Source: Candidatus Omnitrophota bacterium
Lineage (GTDB): Bacteria > Omnitrophota > Gorgyraeia > Gygaellales > Profunditerraquicolaceae
Direction: 5' to 3'
DNA: 64,000 nt
Assembly: GCA_041645145.1 (NCBI GenBank)
Contig: JBAZQO010000001.1
Coordinates: 2,327-66,326 of the forward strand
Shown: one piece after another, positions 1-9,547 of the stretch
How positions within the stretch are numbered: position 1 is the stretch's first letter
How the letters are laid out: each line of letters opens with the position of its first letter
Notes under the pieces: generated by a model
What the model was told of the DNA's origin: nothing
Database searches by the model: none
Seen by the model: the letters and a program-made list of their open reading frames with translations, nothing else
Made by a program: the position numbers and the translations under genes

Positions 1-1078
1 AAATGCACCTTTATACCTGACCTCTTTGTATATTCGATCATCTTTTTAGCATTAGCCAGGTTCATATCCTTTTTGCAGAGTTTTAAAACCTCGTCATTCG
101 CTGATTCAATCCCATATTTAACCGCGTATAAACCGGCACCGGCCATGGAGCGCAATAATTCTTCATCCATAAGGTCAACCCTTGCCATCGCTGCCCAGGG
201 AACTTTTATCTTTCTCTTCTTTATTTCTTCGCAAATGCCTAAAACATGGGTTTTGTCAATATTAAATGTATCGTCATCAAAATATACGGCTTTAAAATTG
301 AATTTCTCAATGAGCCAAGCCATCTCTTCAACGACATTTGCCGGATTTCTTTTCCTGTATTTATGCTCCCCATATATTACCTGCGGCCAAAGACAAAATG
401 TGCATTGGAAGGGACAACCGCGGCTTGACCACATTTGAACATTAGGGACAGGCAAGCCGGAAAAACCGTCATTATATCTGTAAATATCCGGAGCCTCCCT
501 TTGCGGATAAGGTAGGTCATCCAGGTTGCCTATTGCCGGCCTTGGTTTATTAACCACGATATTTTTATTATTTCTGTAGGCCAGGCCTAAAACGGATTTT
601 AGGTCTCTGGAGTTCTCCAACTCCTCTACTAAGCTTAATAAAGTATATTCGTACTCCCCCATCAAAATGTACTCTATATAATCATATTTACTCAAAATAT
701 CTTTTGCGTAGGTCGTGGCATGCGGGCCGCATAGAACTATTTGGGAATTTGGCCTTTTCTGCCTTATTCTATAAGCAAGCCTCATATCGTTGTAAAAAGA
801 AGGGGTTGAGATTTCTATAACTATGAGACCGGGCTTAGCCGCGTCAATTTCATCCATAACTCTTTGTTCATCCAGACCCCTGGCTATGGCATCAATTAAT
901 TTTACATCTTTATTCTTACTTTTTAAAAGAGAGGCGGCGTAGGCGAGAAAAAAGGGGAAGGGAATGTATTTAATATAATTGTTTTCTTCGGCTTCAGATG
1001 TAAAAGGCCAGCGCGAACCGGCTCTTACTCCCCAGCGATTATTTTTGCGCCAGGGAAGATTTAACAGTATTATGCGCA
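1..1078 (-). CDS. B12-binding (class B) radical SAM protein, partial (C-terminus beyond window start)
   Basis: Translating the minus strand from ATG near 1078 gives MRIILLNLPWRKNNRWGVRAGSRW..., typical of an N-terminal cobalamin-binding domain. Further on is SSRGCPFQCTFC, a CxxxCxxC radical SAM cluster motif. The frame stays open to position 1. The plus-strand track ORFs 73-438 and 246-428 are shadow ORFs inside this gene. Confidence 0.6.
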
Positions 1079-1516
1079 TTATTTCTTAAGATCCAGGTGC
1101 CTTTCAATTTGCTCAAAGAAAACCCTGATCTGTTGAATATTCTGATTCATATCTCTCGAATCACAATTCATCTGATCAAAATTATCTTTTATGGCTCCGA
1201 GCTTCTGAGCTATGGACTGAAGATTTTGAATAAGAGCTTCATCCTGGGCCTCCCCTGATTCTTTAGCCTGCCTGAATGAATTCTGGATATCCGCTTTTAT
1301 ATCAAATGTCATCTGCCCGATATTAGCAAACATTTTTATTAAAGCTGCCAAGAGCAAGCTGCCCATTAAAATCAAAAAACCATAAATAAATGCATTAATA
1401 TCCTTGAATTTGAATATCATCCATAAACTTCCGGCAGCAACACCGCAAATTGCGATGAAATAAGAAAAAAACAGCAAGATTATCGTAATCGGCATCTTGT
1501 TGGCAATCTTTATCAT
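1079..1516 (-). CDS. hypothetical small membrane protein with C-terminal coiled coil
   Basis: 145 aa. Two hydrophobic helices (ITIILLFFSYFIAICGVAAGSLW; FIYGFLILMGSLLLAALI) are followed by a charged, Q-rich helical tail. It is tightly packed between rSAM and GT2 genes on the same strand. Confidence 0.35.
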   Translation of the reverse strand: MIKIANKMPITIILLFFSYFIAICGVAAGSLWMIFKFKDINAFIYGFLILMGSLLLAALIKMFANIGQMTFDIKADIQNSFRQAKESGEAQDEALIQNLQSIAQKLGAIKDNFDQMNCDSRDMNQNIQQIRVFFEQIERHLDLKK

Positions 1517-1526
1517 CTAGTCCTCC

Positions 1527-2840
1527 TTAAGTTACAGTCATTGCCTGATCGGTTTCCCTGGCTGAGTTTTCGATTAATTTGCTTATACCGGAGAAGCGGC
1601 TTGCCAGGCTTTCTATACAAGATTTAAAATTGAGCAATAAAACCTCCAAGAACCCGCTATTGAGATTAACCTGCTGTTTTTTGATTAGCCCGCTCCAATC
1701 CTGGTGCAGTTGGGAGAGATTAAAGAATCTGTCCAATAGCCGGTCATCCCGTATTTTATAAACGGAGAAAAGTAAATGCCTGTGCAACGTTTTATTAAAC
1801 TCCCTATCACTGAATTTCATCCTCATAAAAATAGATAGGATCAGCCCCAAAGCCAAAAAATTCTGCGGAAAGGTATCTTCCTTTTGAATCAGGCTGGAAA
1901 GGTTTCTTTTTGAGCAATCAAAATGATAAAAAAAGGTTAAGTCCAGCAAAGAAAGCCAAAACGAGACCTTGGAATGCATAGCTATATTAAACTGACCCTG
2001 GCTACCGGGAAAATTAAAATAATCAAAATCCCTTAAAGAATGATGCAGGGCTATCAAAAAATCCAAATAAATTAATTTATATCTTTCATTATTCAGGTCT
2101 TCTTCTAAAAAACGGTTAGCCAATCCAATATTATCCTTGATCTTGAAAGCAAATCTTTCCGGATTTTTATAAAACCCTTCTTCCACATAAAAAGCAAAAT
2201 GCCATCTCCAGAAATTATTCAACAGTGAGAATAAATCATCTTCCCTTAAATGCCCTACGGCTGCTTGCGGCTCATAAACTAAATTATATCCGGTTTTCCT
2301 AAGACGCCTGGAAATATCCACATCTTCAAAGTTATTTCTATAGTTATCGTCGTAAAATCCTGCTGAGATCAGCGCCGCTTTGCGGAATAAAGTATTCGAA
2401 CCGAACAAAAAAGGAGGGTTGGTTTTCCGGCGCTCTCCCCAATGTTGCTGCATATGGACAGAGCGCCAAATGTCAAAGATACTAGAGGCCCCGGTTTCCA
2501 CAACTCTTCCCCCTGCTCCCGCCACATTTGACAGATTAATTCTTCCAACCAAATACTTAAGCCAATCTTTATCCGGCTTGCAATCGCTGTCTAAGGAAGC
2601 GATAAATTCGGCATCGGTATTTTTAATAGCGGTATTTCTTGCCGCTGCTAACCCCATGTTTTTAGCATGCTTAATGATCTTTACCGGATATTTCCCGGCA
2701 ATTGCAGCAGTCATATCGGTTGAGCCGTCATCAATAACCAGTATCTCATCCGCGGGCATACTCTGGTGCAACGCCCCCTCCAAACAAGCCCCCAGAGTCT
2801 TTTCTGAATTGAAGCAAGGAATACAGAGGGAGATTTTCAT
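1527..2840 (-). CDS. glycosyltransferase family 2 with long C-terminal extension
   Basis: N-terminus MKISLCIPCFNSEKTLGACLEGALHQS...ILVIDDGSTDMT is a GT2 (GT-A fold) signature including the DDG motif. Its ATG overlaps the stop of the upstream rSAM gene (2837-2840). Confidence 0.7.
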   Translation of the reverse strand: MKISLCIPCFNSEKTLGACLEGALHQSMPADEILVIDDGSTDMTAAIAGKYPVKIIKHAKNMGLAAARNTAIKNTDAEFIASLDSDCKPDKDWLKYLVGRINLSNVAGAGGRVVETGASSIFDIWRSVHMQQHWGERRKTNPPFLFGSNTLFRKAALISAGFYDDNYRNNFEDVDISRRLRKTGYNLVYEPQAAVGHLREDDLFSLLNNFWRWHFAFYVEEGFYKNPERFAFKIKDNIGLANRFLEEDLNNERYKLIYLDFLIALHHSLRDFDYFNFPGSQGQFNIAMHSKVSFWLSLLDLTFFYHFDCSKRNLSSLIQKEDTFPQNFLALGLILSIFMRMKFSDREFNKTLHRHLLFSVYKIRDDRLLDRFFNLSQLHQDWSGLIKKQQVNLNSGFLEVLLLNFKSCIESLASRFSGISKLIENSARETDQAMTVT

Positions 2841-4069
2841 AGCGAATGGATCTCTTCCCTTAATTTTCTTTTTAGCCGGCTGATCTCCGAAAGGATGATC
2901 TCTTTGTCTTCCCCGCCGCTTTCCCTTATGCGCCGGAATTTGTTAAAAATACCGGGTAGCCTCCTTTTGAGGAGGTTCGTTACCGAACCCTTGTAAGAAG
3001 AATAGAACCTGTACCTTAATTTCATTTTTATTACCTGGCTCTTTAAAAACTGCAAGGCCTTATTAGTCAGCTTTCGGTAACTGGCGATCCTTTTTACCTT
3101 TTTAGCCTTATCCAATATGTACGCTTTTGAGAATCGGCTGCCGAAAACTTCATCATAACAGCTCATCAGGCACCCGCTGCATCCGTTATTGATAATAGAA
3201 TTGATCAACTTCCTTCTTTTTTCAGACAACCATAATTCATACAGGCTTTCTTCCCTTATATTTCCAATCAGCTTATTATGCGAAGCTTCGATCCAACAAG
3301 GAAATATATCTCCGTTTGAATTAATGGGGCATGAATACCGAAGCGCGCCGCAATTATCCGGATGGAATTTCTTACCGGTTAAATATGCGGGTATTTTAAA
3401 TAAATAGTTTGCTGGATTAGTAGAAATTTTGCGTTCTTGAGAAATATCGATAAATCTGTGGATTATGTCCTCTATCTTCGGAATCTCCCGCTTATCTATT
3501 AAGAATTCACCCGCGCGTGCAGAATCCTTTAAAAAGATTGCATTAAAAGGCTGTAATCTTACGGTGGTAGCTCCGTACTCTCCAGCTATCTCTAAAACGT
3601 AAAGCAAGTCTTCATAATTATACCTTGATACAGTTGAAGCAACAGTAGTCTCTATTTTATATTTCCTGAGGTTGGCCAGGGCAGAGGCCGCTTTATCAAA
3701 ACTGCCGGGGCCCCTTAAGTAATCGTGCGTCCCCTTGGTTCCTTCTATAGAAATATTCACCACATTGGCCCCGGACGCGCTAAGCCTGGAGGCAACCTGC
3801 TCATCGATTAAACACCCGTTCGAAGTAACGCATGCGTTTAAATTATTCTTCTTTGCAAAGAAAATAAGTTCAAAAATATCCTCTCTTAATAGCGGCTCTC
3901 CTCCGCTAAAAACTACAGTCTGCGCTCCTAATCTAGAGGAGTCATTAATGACTTTTTTCCATTGATCAGTAGATAATTCCTCAATTTTTCCGCAAGGAAT
4001 ATCGCACATCCTGCATCGCAAATTACATCTATTGGTGATAGAAAATATGACTTCCTTTAGGTTAAGCAT
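2837..4069 (-). CDS. radical SAM / SPASM-domain protein (paralog 1)
   Basis: CNLRCRMC (CxxxCxxC) near the N-terminus; GGEPLLREDIFELI SAM-binding glycine-rich motif. The C-terminal Cys-rich region (CGALRYSCPINSNGDIFPC...GCSGCLMSC) is consistent with a SPASM or twitch auxiliary Fe-S domain. Confidence 0.75.
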   Translation of the reverse strand: MLNLKEVIFSITNRCNLRCRMCDIPCGKIEELSTDQWKKVINDSSRLGAQTVVFSGGEPLLREDIFELIFFAKKNNLNACVTSNGCLIDEQVASRLSASGANVVNISIEGTKGTHDYLRGPGSFDKAASALANLRKYKIETTVASTVSRYNYEDLLYVLEIAGEYGATTVRLQPFNAIFLKDSARAGEFLIDKREIPKIEDIIHRFIDISQERKISTNPANYLFKIPAYLTGKKFHPDNCGALRYSCPINSNGDIFPCWIEASHNKLIGNIREESLYELWLSEKRRKLINSIINNGCSGCLMSCYDEVFGSRFSKAYILDKAKKVKRIASYRKLTNKALQFLKSQVIKMKLRYRFYSSYKGSVTNLLKRRLPGIFNKFRRIRESGGEDKEIILSEISRLKRKLREEIHSL

Positions 4070-5205
4070 TCTTTCAGCAATTCTTCGTAATCTGTTAATT
4101 TGAATAATGCGGTAGATAATGATTCCTTTTTGCTTTTTCCATCAATATTATCTTTTTTCAGATCATAAATAAACGTATCAATAATGTTTGTCAATGAATC
4201 TGCCTTGGGATTGGCCCAGCAAGTTTGCAGGCAGGGTTTTTGACAATTCTTCATTGTTCTTCTGGCCTGATCAGCCTCCCTGGTTTTTAAACATTCCCCT
4301 AAACTCAAACCTTGGATATTTCCAAAGGCCGAGCCACAACTACGAACATTGCCGTCAGGGCCAACATTTACAAAAACAAACGGATTACATTTCCACTCTC
4401 TTTTGGTCAGTTCGCCCTTAAAATGCTTAACCCACATATACGGATCGTGAAGAAAAGCTACCAAACCATGATGTTTTTTATAATTAACTATTTTGTCAAT
4501 TTGCTGCTTTAATAACTCAATATCATTATCTTTAAGCCAAAAACGGGCTTTGGGCGAGGTATTCTGCATATCATCCTGATTAACAATAACCGGATGATAA
4601 ACTAAACACTCTGCGCCGGCTTCTTTAACAAGAAGTATGATATCAAAAAGTTCACCGACATTCTCCCTCATGATTGTAGCCCAAACTGATATTTGGGGGC
4701 CGGTCCCCAACTTACTCTTACTTTCGGCTAAATTATTAATAGCGGCTATGGCCTTATTAAAAGCCCCTTTTTGTCTTATGGCATCATGGGTCGCTTCTTC
4801 AGCTCCATCAAGTGAGATGGCGATATTCTTTAAACCGGATGATATAATCCTATCGGCTAAATCTTTAGTGATTAAAGCCCCGTTAGAAACAGCTTCTATT
4901 TTTAATCCTTTAGCGAATCCATATTCTACGATCTCAAATATATCGTTTCTTAAAAAAGCTTCTCCTCCGGTTATAACAACGGTCAAATCCCATCCCCAGG
5001 CAGCAATTTCATCAAATAGATTTTTCACTGCATCCTTATGCAATTCATAACCCTGCAAAATGTTGACTACCCCGCACATTTGGCAACGATAAGTACATTT
5101 ATGGCTAAGGCTTAAATAAATCCAAAGAGGCTTTGCCAAAGGCCTTTCCAATAACTCCGAGAAATAATACGCTAAGTCCTGCTCGAATCTTTTAATATAA
5201 CTCAT
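4057..5205 (-). CDS. radical SAM / SPASM-domain protein (paralog 2)
   Basis: CTYRCQMC; GGEAFLRNDIFEIV. C-terminal CNPFVFVNVGPDGNVRSCG...CQKPCLQTC. Overlaps its neighbour gene by 13 nt. Confidence 0.75.
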   Translation of the reverse strand: MSYIKRFEQDLAYYFSELLERPLAKPLWIYLSLSHKCTYRCQMCGVVNILQGYELHKDAVKNLFDEIAAWGWDLTVVITGGEAFLRNDIFEIVEYGFAKGLKIEAVSNGALITKDLADRIISSGLKNIAISLDGAEEATHDAIRQKGAFNKAIAAINNLAESKSKLGTGPQISVWATIMRENVGELFDIILLVKEAGAECLVYHPVIVNQDDMQNTSPKARFWLKDNDIELLKQQIDKIVNYKKHHGLVAFLHDPYMWVKHFKGELTKREWKCNPFVFVNVGPDGNVRSCGSAFGNIQGLSLGECLKTREADQARRTMKNCQKPCLQTCWANPKADSLTNIIDTFIYDLKKDNIDGKSKKESLSTALFKLTDYEELLKECLT

Positions 5206-5222
5206 AAGATAACTTTTTAAAA

Positions 5223-6512
5223 TTATGCCGCCAGTTTATAGTTTTTTAATACTTCTTTTTTAAGTATATTCAATTTATAAACCTCTAATCTTTTCTGATT
5301 AAAATTACCCAAGAAATTGGGCTTTACGCGCTTTAACAACTCATTGATACAATAATCTATCCTGGATATTATTCGTTCACGGGCATTAGCATTATCCAAG
5401 CATCCTTCTATTCCGGTAAGAAAATGTTTCACCTGCCCTGAAATATCCATGGGAAAATATACACAATCTTGAAGGCAATGAGCTTTGCATTTATTCACAG
5501 TATCTCTAATCTTTTGTGCTTGCAGCGAAAACCAAATCTGTCTTAAATTTTCTTTTTTAAAATCGCCATAGAGCCCCTTACAACTCCATAATTTACCATC
5601 GCACGTTATAACTATCCGCTTAATCCCCTCATAACATTTAAAACGCCTCCCAGGCTTTTTGCCCCTGAAATAACCAGGGATGGACTTCAATATGGCAGGG
5701 TCTGTGTATATGAGAATGTCCTTGGTTTCTTCTTTAATGTTGACTAGCTTACATATATTTTCCTCTAAAAGTGGCATCTCTTCCACCGATGGCCATAATG
5801 AATTTTTCTTACGTTCATACATGCTAACATTGCTCATCAAAACAGGCTGAAACACAACGGTATTGCATTTTTTGCTTTTGGCAAATTCAACGATCTTCAG
5901 CATATCGTTAATATTTTTATTCATGATGGTAAAATTTATGCCGATGGACGGACTGGTTACCTTCATTTTTTCTTTGTAATAATTCAATTTATCGATTGCA
6001 TCAACGGACTTAGCGAAAGAGCCTTCACCCCTTATCGCGTCATTTACTCCGGAAATACCGTCTAATGAAATAGTAACGTGGTTTAACCCCGAACCGATTA
6101 AACTTTGCGCCGCTTCATCATTGCATAATGCTCCGTTTGTAATAATATCCACCCAGGGAATACCGCTCTCCCTGGAAAATCTTATAAGCTCCGTAAGATC
6201 TCCGCGCAGCAGCGGCTCGCCTCCAGAGAAAATAAGATGTTTCACGCCTAAATCTTTTATTTGTAATATAATTTTCTTTATCTCGTCAGTATTCAACTCA
6301 TCTTCCTGCCTACCCGGAGATTTAGGTATATCGCACATAACACAGCGTAAACAACATCTATTGGTTAACGAGAAATAAACATGTTCAGGTGGCACCAGAG
6401 GATAAGAAACTATCCGGCTGGCATAGAATCCTATCATATCCTCGACTTTTATCAGTTCTCTTTCTAAGTACTTATCCATTACTGCCCTTGCCGGTAGATA
6501 TCCCAAATACAT
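5223..6512 (-). CDS. radical SAM / SPASM-domain protein (paralog 3)
   Basis: CCLRCVMC; GGEPLLRGDLTELI. C-terminal CYEGIKRIVITCDGKLWSC...CKAHCLQDC. The true start is probably an internal Met (M12 or M26), because the first 41 nt overlap the upstream gene. Confidence 0.75.
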   Translation of the reverse strand: MYLGYLPARAVMDKYLERELIKVEDMIGFYASRIVSYPLVPPEHVYFSLTNRCCLRCVMCDIPKSPGRQEDELNTDEIKKIILQIKDLGVKHLIFSGGEPLLRGDLTELIRFSRESGIPWVDIITNGALCNDEAAQSLIGSGLNHVTISLDGISGVNDAIRGEGSFAKSVDAIDKLNYYKEKMKVTSPSIGINFTIMNKNINDMLKIVEFAKSKKCNTVVFQPVLMSNVSMYERKKNSLWPSVEEMPLLEENICKLVNIKEETKDILIYTDPAILKSIPGYFRGKKPGRRFKCYEGIKRIVITCDGKLWSCKGLYGDFKKENLRQIWFSLQAQKIRDTVNKCKAHCLQDCVYFPMDISGQVKHFLTGIEGCLDNANARERIISRIDYCINELLKRVKPNFLGNFNQKRLEVYKLNILKKEVLKNYKLAA

Positions 6513-7527
6513 TCCTTAAGCTGGAAGATGATTCCCTGGAGTAACAGGATTGTAGACATAACTTTTCGCATTTTTTTGAATGCCTCCTCAATTCATGGGC
6601 CTCTTTTGATCTCCAGGCCCCTTTTAACGACATCATGTTCAAATTTCCGCATATCCCGTGGCAGGTATAAACAAGCGGTTCGTTCTTAGAAAAACATATG
6701 AATACAGTCTTAAGCCCTCCGAAACAAACCCAATCCGGTTTCTTAAGTGTGCCCTGATAATATTTAATTAATAATTCCGGGCGTGGTTCTTTTAACACAA
6801 CAATATGTTTCCATGCGGTTTTTTCTATTTTTTCAATTTGATCTCTTAATAACGGTATCTTCTCTGCGGCCACCCAGTTTTGCGGAATCTTTCTTTCCAC
6901 GAAATTGGCATTATCGCTGATCAGCGGCTGAAAGTTAATCACATCGACGTTTAGGTCATCGGCTAATTGCGCGATATCATGAAGCTGGGAAACATTTTCA
7001 TCCATAACCGTGACAGCGATACCCAATGAGAAATTCCTGCCTGCGGCCTTCTTCTTGCCAAGCAATTTAATGCCTTCAACGGTTTTAGCGAAAGTATGCT
7101 TTCCTCTGTAATAATCATTCGTATTTTCCAGGCCATCGAGCGAGAAATGGATATGGTCTAAGTTTGATCCAGCTATCCGCTCTGACATATCAGCGTCTAT
7201 AAGCACGCCGTTAGTAGTAATAATATTTCTCAATCCCTTGGCATGAGAATAATCGCATATACTAAACAGGTCTTTCCTTAAAAAAGGCTCCCCCCCTGTT
7301 AAAAGCAGCTCTTTTACCCCATAAGAAGCGGTTTCATCAACTACCCTGTATATCTGTTCGGTAGACAATTCTTCATCCGGCGGCAACAAATCAACTATAC
7401 TGCACATGCGGCACCTTAAGTTACACCTGTAACTAAGGGAGATTTGTACCACCTCCGGATGGATTAAAGGATAATTCATCTTCCGGGATAACCAATAAAA
7501 CAGGTTATTCATCATTTCTCTCCGCAA
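6472..7527 (-). CDS. radical SAM / SPASM-domain protein (paralog 4)
   Basis: CNLRCRMC; GGEPFLRKDLFSIC. C-terminal CFGGLKTVFICF...CHGICG...CEKLCLQSC. The N-terminus (FYWLSRKMNYPLIHPEVVQISLSYRC) closely parallels paralog 5. Confidence 0.75.
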   Translation of the reverse strand: MRREMMNNLFYWLSRKMNYPLIHPEVVQISLSYRCNLRCRMCSIVDLLPPDEELSTEQIYRVVDETASYGVKELLLTGGEPFLRKDLFSICDYSHAKGLRNIITTNGVLIDADMSERIAGSNLDHIHFSLDGLENTNDYYRGKHTFAKTVEGIKLLGKKKAAGRNFSLGIAVTVMDENVSQLHDIAQLADDLNVDVINFQPLISDNANFVERKIPQNWVAAEKIPLLRDQIEKIEKTAWKHIVVLKEPRPELLIKYYQGTLKKPDWVCFGGLKTVFICFSKNEPLVYTCHGICGNLNMMSLKGAWRSKEAHELRRHSKKCEKLCLQSCYSRESSSSLRNVFGISTGKGSNG

Positions 7528-7540
7528 AAACTACCCCTAA

Positions 7541-9517
7541 CTATTTCGTAGCCCAAAGAGTAATGGCCGGGCCATGTTCATGCTTCTCTTTCCCGATTAT
7601 CTCAATTGAATTAAAGCCCGCATCTCTGATTGCTGCAAGCAAATCTTCTTCAAATAACCAAAACACCCTTTTCTCCAAACCACACACAATATCATTGATA
7701 TTCTCATCAAAATATTTTCCGCGGTAAATGCGATTATTCCACCTGGTTCCTTCAGCCGGAGCGATAGGATAACTATCATTGGCGTAATGCGACCAGACAA
7801 AAAGGCTGTTGCAGAGCTGGCCAATTCGATAAAGCAGCGCAACTGGGTTATTTAGATGATATAGAACTCCTGATGCCAGGCATAAATCAAAATGACCGGA
7901 AAAAGAGCTTAACACTTCATTCGCGTCACCAAATAAAAATTCGCATTTATCTAATTTGAACGCATTCTTAACGATCAGCGCTTTCAGAAAGTTTTCTTTT
8001 CTGCCTTCGATAGAGATAACCTTTTTAGCTCCGTTCCCCTGCAGTAGAGATGAATGCATCCCTTCCAAACAACCCATATCCAGAATAGTTAACCCTTTCA
8101 GGTTTATTCTTTTTCTTATCTCATTGATCTTTGATTCAAAAGGAACGCCTGGTTTAGGCTGTCCCGAAACAGAAATCTCTTCAAACGAAAAATTACCCAC
8201 CCAATTTTGAAAAATCCCAAACCCATATAATTGGGATATTGTTAACGACCCCCTAAAAGAGTTGAGTATATTCTCTAATTTCTTTAACGTATTTACAATA
8301 TCGCTATCCGGCTCTTCAGTCTTTGAATTAAGGACCCCTCTCATTGATTGCAAAAAAAAGTATTCTTCTTTGCGAATGGTAATTTGGGCGTCCCGAGGCA
8401 AGTTTCTTATTTCTATCTCTAATTGTTCATGAATTAAACTAATGTCGTCCGATTGTGAGCGTTCTGAACAAAATTGGGTGCAGCTTTTTTTACAATTCTT
8501 GATCATTTCCCTGATTTTACCGGTATCCTCTGCATACCATAATTGTTTCAGGCTGTCTTTTTTGATATTCCCGAATGACTGTAAGCATACAAAACTCATA
8601 TCTCCCTGCGGATTTACAAAAATCCTGTTGAATCCCGCAAAACAGGTATTCTCAAATCCCTCTCCCCGGAAATGTTTGATGGTTTTCTCCGGCATGATAT
8701 CTATATGCATGAAACCTGAAAATTGTCTCTTTTTGGCAATCAAAATATCGAAAATTTGCTGCAGCCTGGGGATATCCTTTTCTTCAATCCAGAGTTCATT
8801 ATTTTCTAAAGGTGCGGGTAAATCCCCGTTATTCACCAAGGGCTGGAAGGCTATATAACAACAACCTATTTTTCTTGCCAAATCAGCCAAGGCAGGCAGT
8901 TCCTCCATATTCTTCTTCATGATCACGCTTACCATTGCAATATCCAAAACCCTATCTTCGCTATTACGGCCGCGGCCATATTTTTTTTTATAGTAATTAA
9001 GATACTCAATGGAACGCATCGCTTTCTCAAATATTCCTTCACCCCGGAAAAAATTATGCGTTTTGGGGCTTGCCCCGTCGATAGAAAAACTTATATTCCT
9101 TAATCTTGACCTTACTATTTTTTCAGCAGTCTCTTCGTTGATAAAACCACCATTAGTATTAATTGTAGTGACGATCCCAGGGCGAGCAGCGTAATCGATT
9201 AACTCAAATATGTCTTTTCGCAGGAGCGCTTCGCCTCCGGTAAAATAAATCGTCTTTATACCCATAGATAGGGCTTCATCAATAAACCTTTTAATGTCTT
9301 CTGCACCTGCTTCTTCCTGAAACCGCTGCTTCCATACATTACACATCTTACACTGAAGCTGACAACGGGACGTAACCATAAGCTGCAGCATATCAGGCTC
9401 AACCATTGCTTTATTTAATAAGCGGGAAAAATTAAACAAATAATCCCTTTTGTGCTTATTAAAAATTTCTTCCATCCTATCCACGACCATGATACTCCCC
9501 CATTCTGGAAATAACAA
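7541..9517 (-). CDS. fusion protein: N-terminal radical SAM/SPASM domain + C-terminal class I SAM-dependent methyltransferase domain
   Basis: N-terminal half: CQLQCKMC, GGEALLRKDIFELI, CFAGFNRIFVNPQGDMSFVC...CKKSCTQFC. C-terminal ~200 aa: LTILDMGCLEGMHSSLL resembles the Rossmann-fold methyltransferase motif I (hhDhGCGxG-like), followed by hydrophobic and acidic motifs. Confidence 0.65.
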   Translation of the reverse strand: MLFPEWGSIMVVDRMEEIFNKHKRDYLFNFSRLLNKAMVEPDMLQLMVTSRCQLQCKMCNVWKQRFQEEAGAEDIKRFIDEALSMGIKTIYFTGGEALLRKDIFELIDYAARPGIVTTINTNGGFINEETAEKIVRSRLRNISFSIDGASPKTHNFFRGEGIFEKAMRSIEYLNYYKKKYGRGRNSEDRVLDIAMVSVIMKKNMEELPALADLARKIGCCYIAFQPLVNNGDLPAPLENNELWIEEKDIPRLQQIFDILIAKKRQFSGFMHIDIMPEKTIKHFRGEGFENTCFAGFNRIFVNPQGDMSFVCLQSFGNIKKDSLKQLWYAEDTGKIREMIKNCKKSCTQFCSERSQSDDISLIHEQLEIEIRNLPRDAQITIRKEEYFFLQSMRGVLNSKTEEPDSDIVNTLKKLENILNSFRGSLTISQLYGFGIFQNWVGNFSFEEISVSGQPKPGVPFESKINEIRKRINLKGLTILDMGCLEGMHSSLLQGNGAKKVISIEGRKENFLKALIVKNAFKLDKCEFLFGDANEVLSSFSGHFDLCLASGVLYHLNNPVALLYRIGQLCNSLFVWSHYANDSYPIAPAEGTRWNNRIYRGKYFDENINDIVCGLEKRVFWLFEEDLLAAIRDAGFNSIEIIGKEKHEHGPAITLWATK

Positions 9518-9547
9518 TATTTCACATTAGCTTATAGGAAAAGAATA

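Noticed and set aside
73-438. Plus-strand ORFs in the six-frame track (this one and 246-428 and 1579-1761). The same applies to every other plus-strand track ORF across the window.
   Set aside because: Every one lies wholly inside a well-supported minus-strand gene with recognisable conserved motifs. None has its own family signature or RBS. They are shadow ORFs on the opposite strand of real genes.
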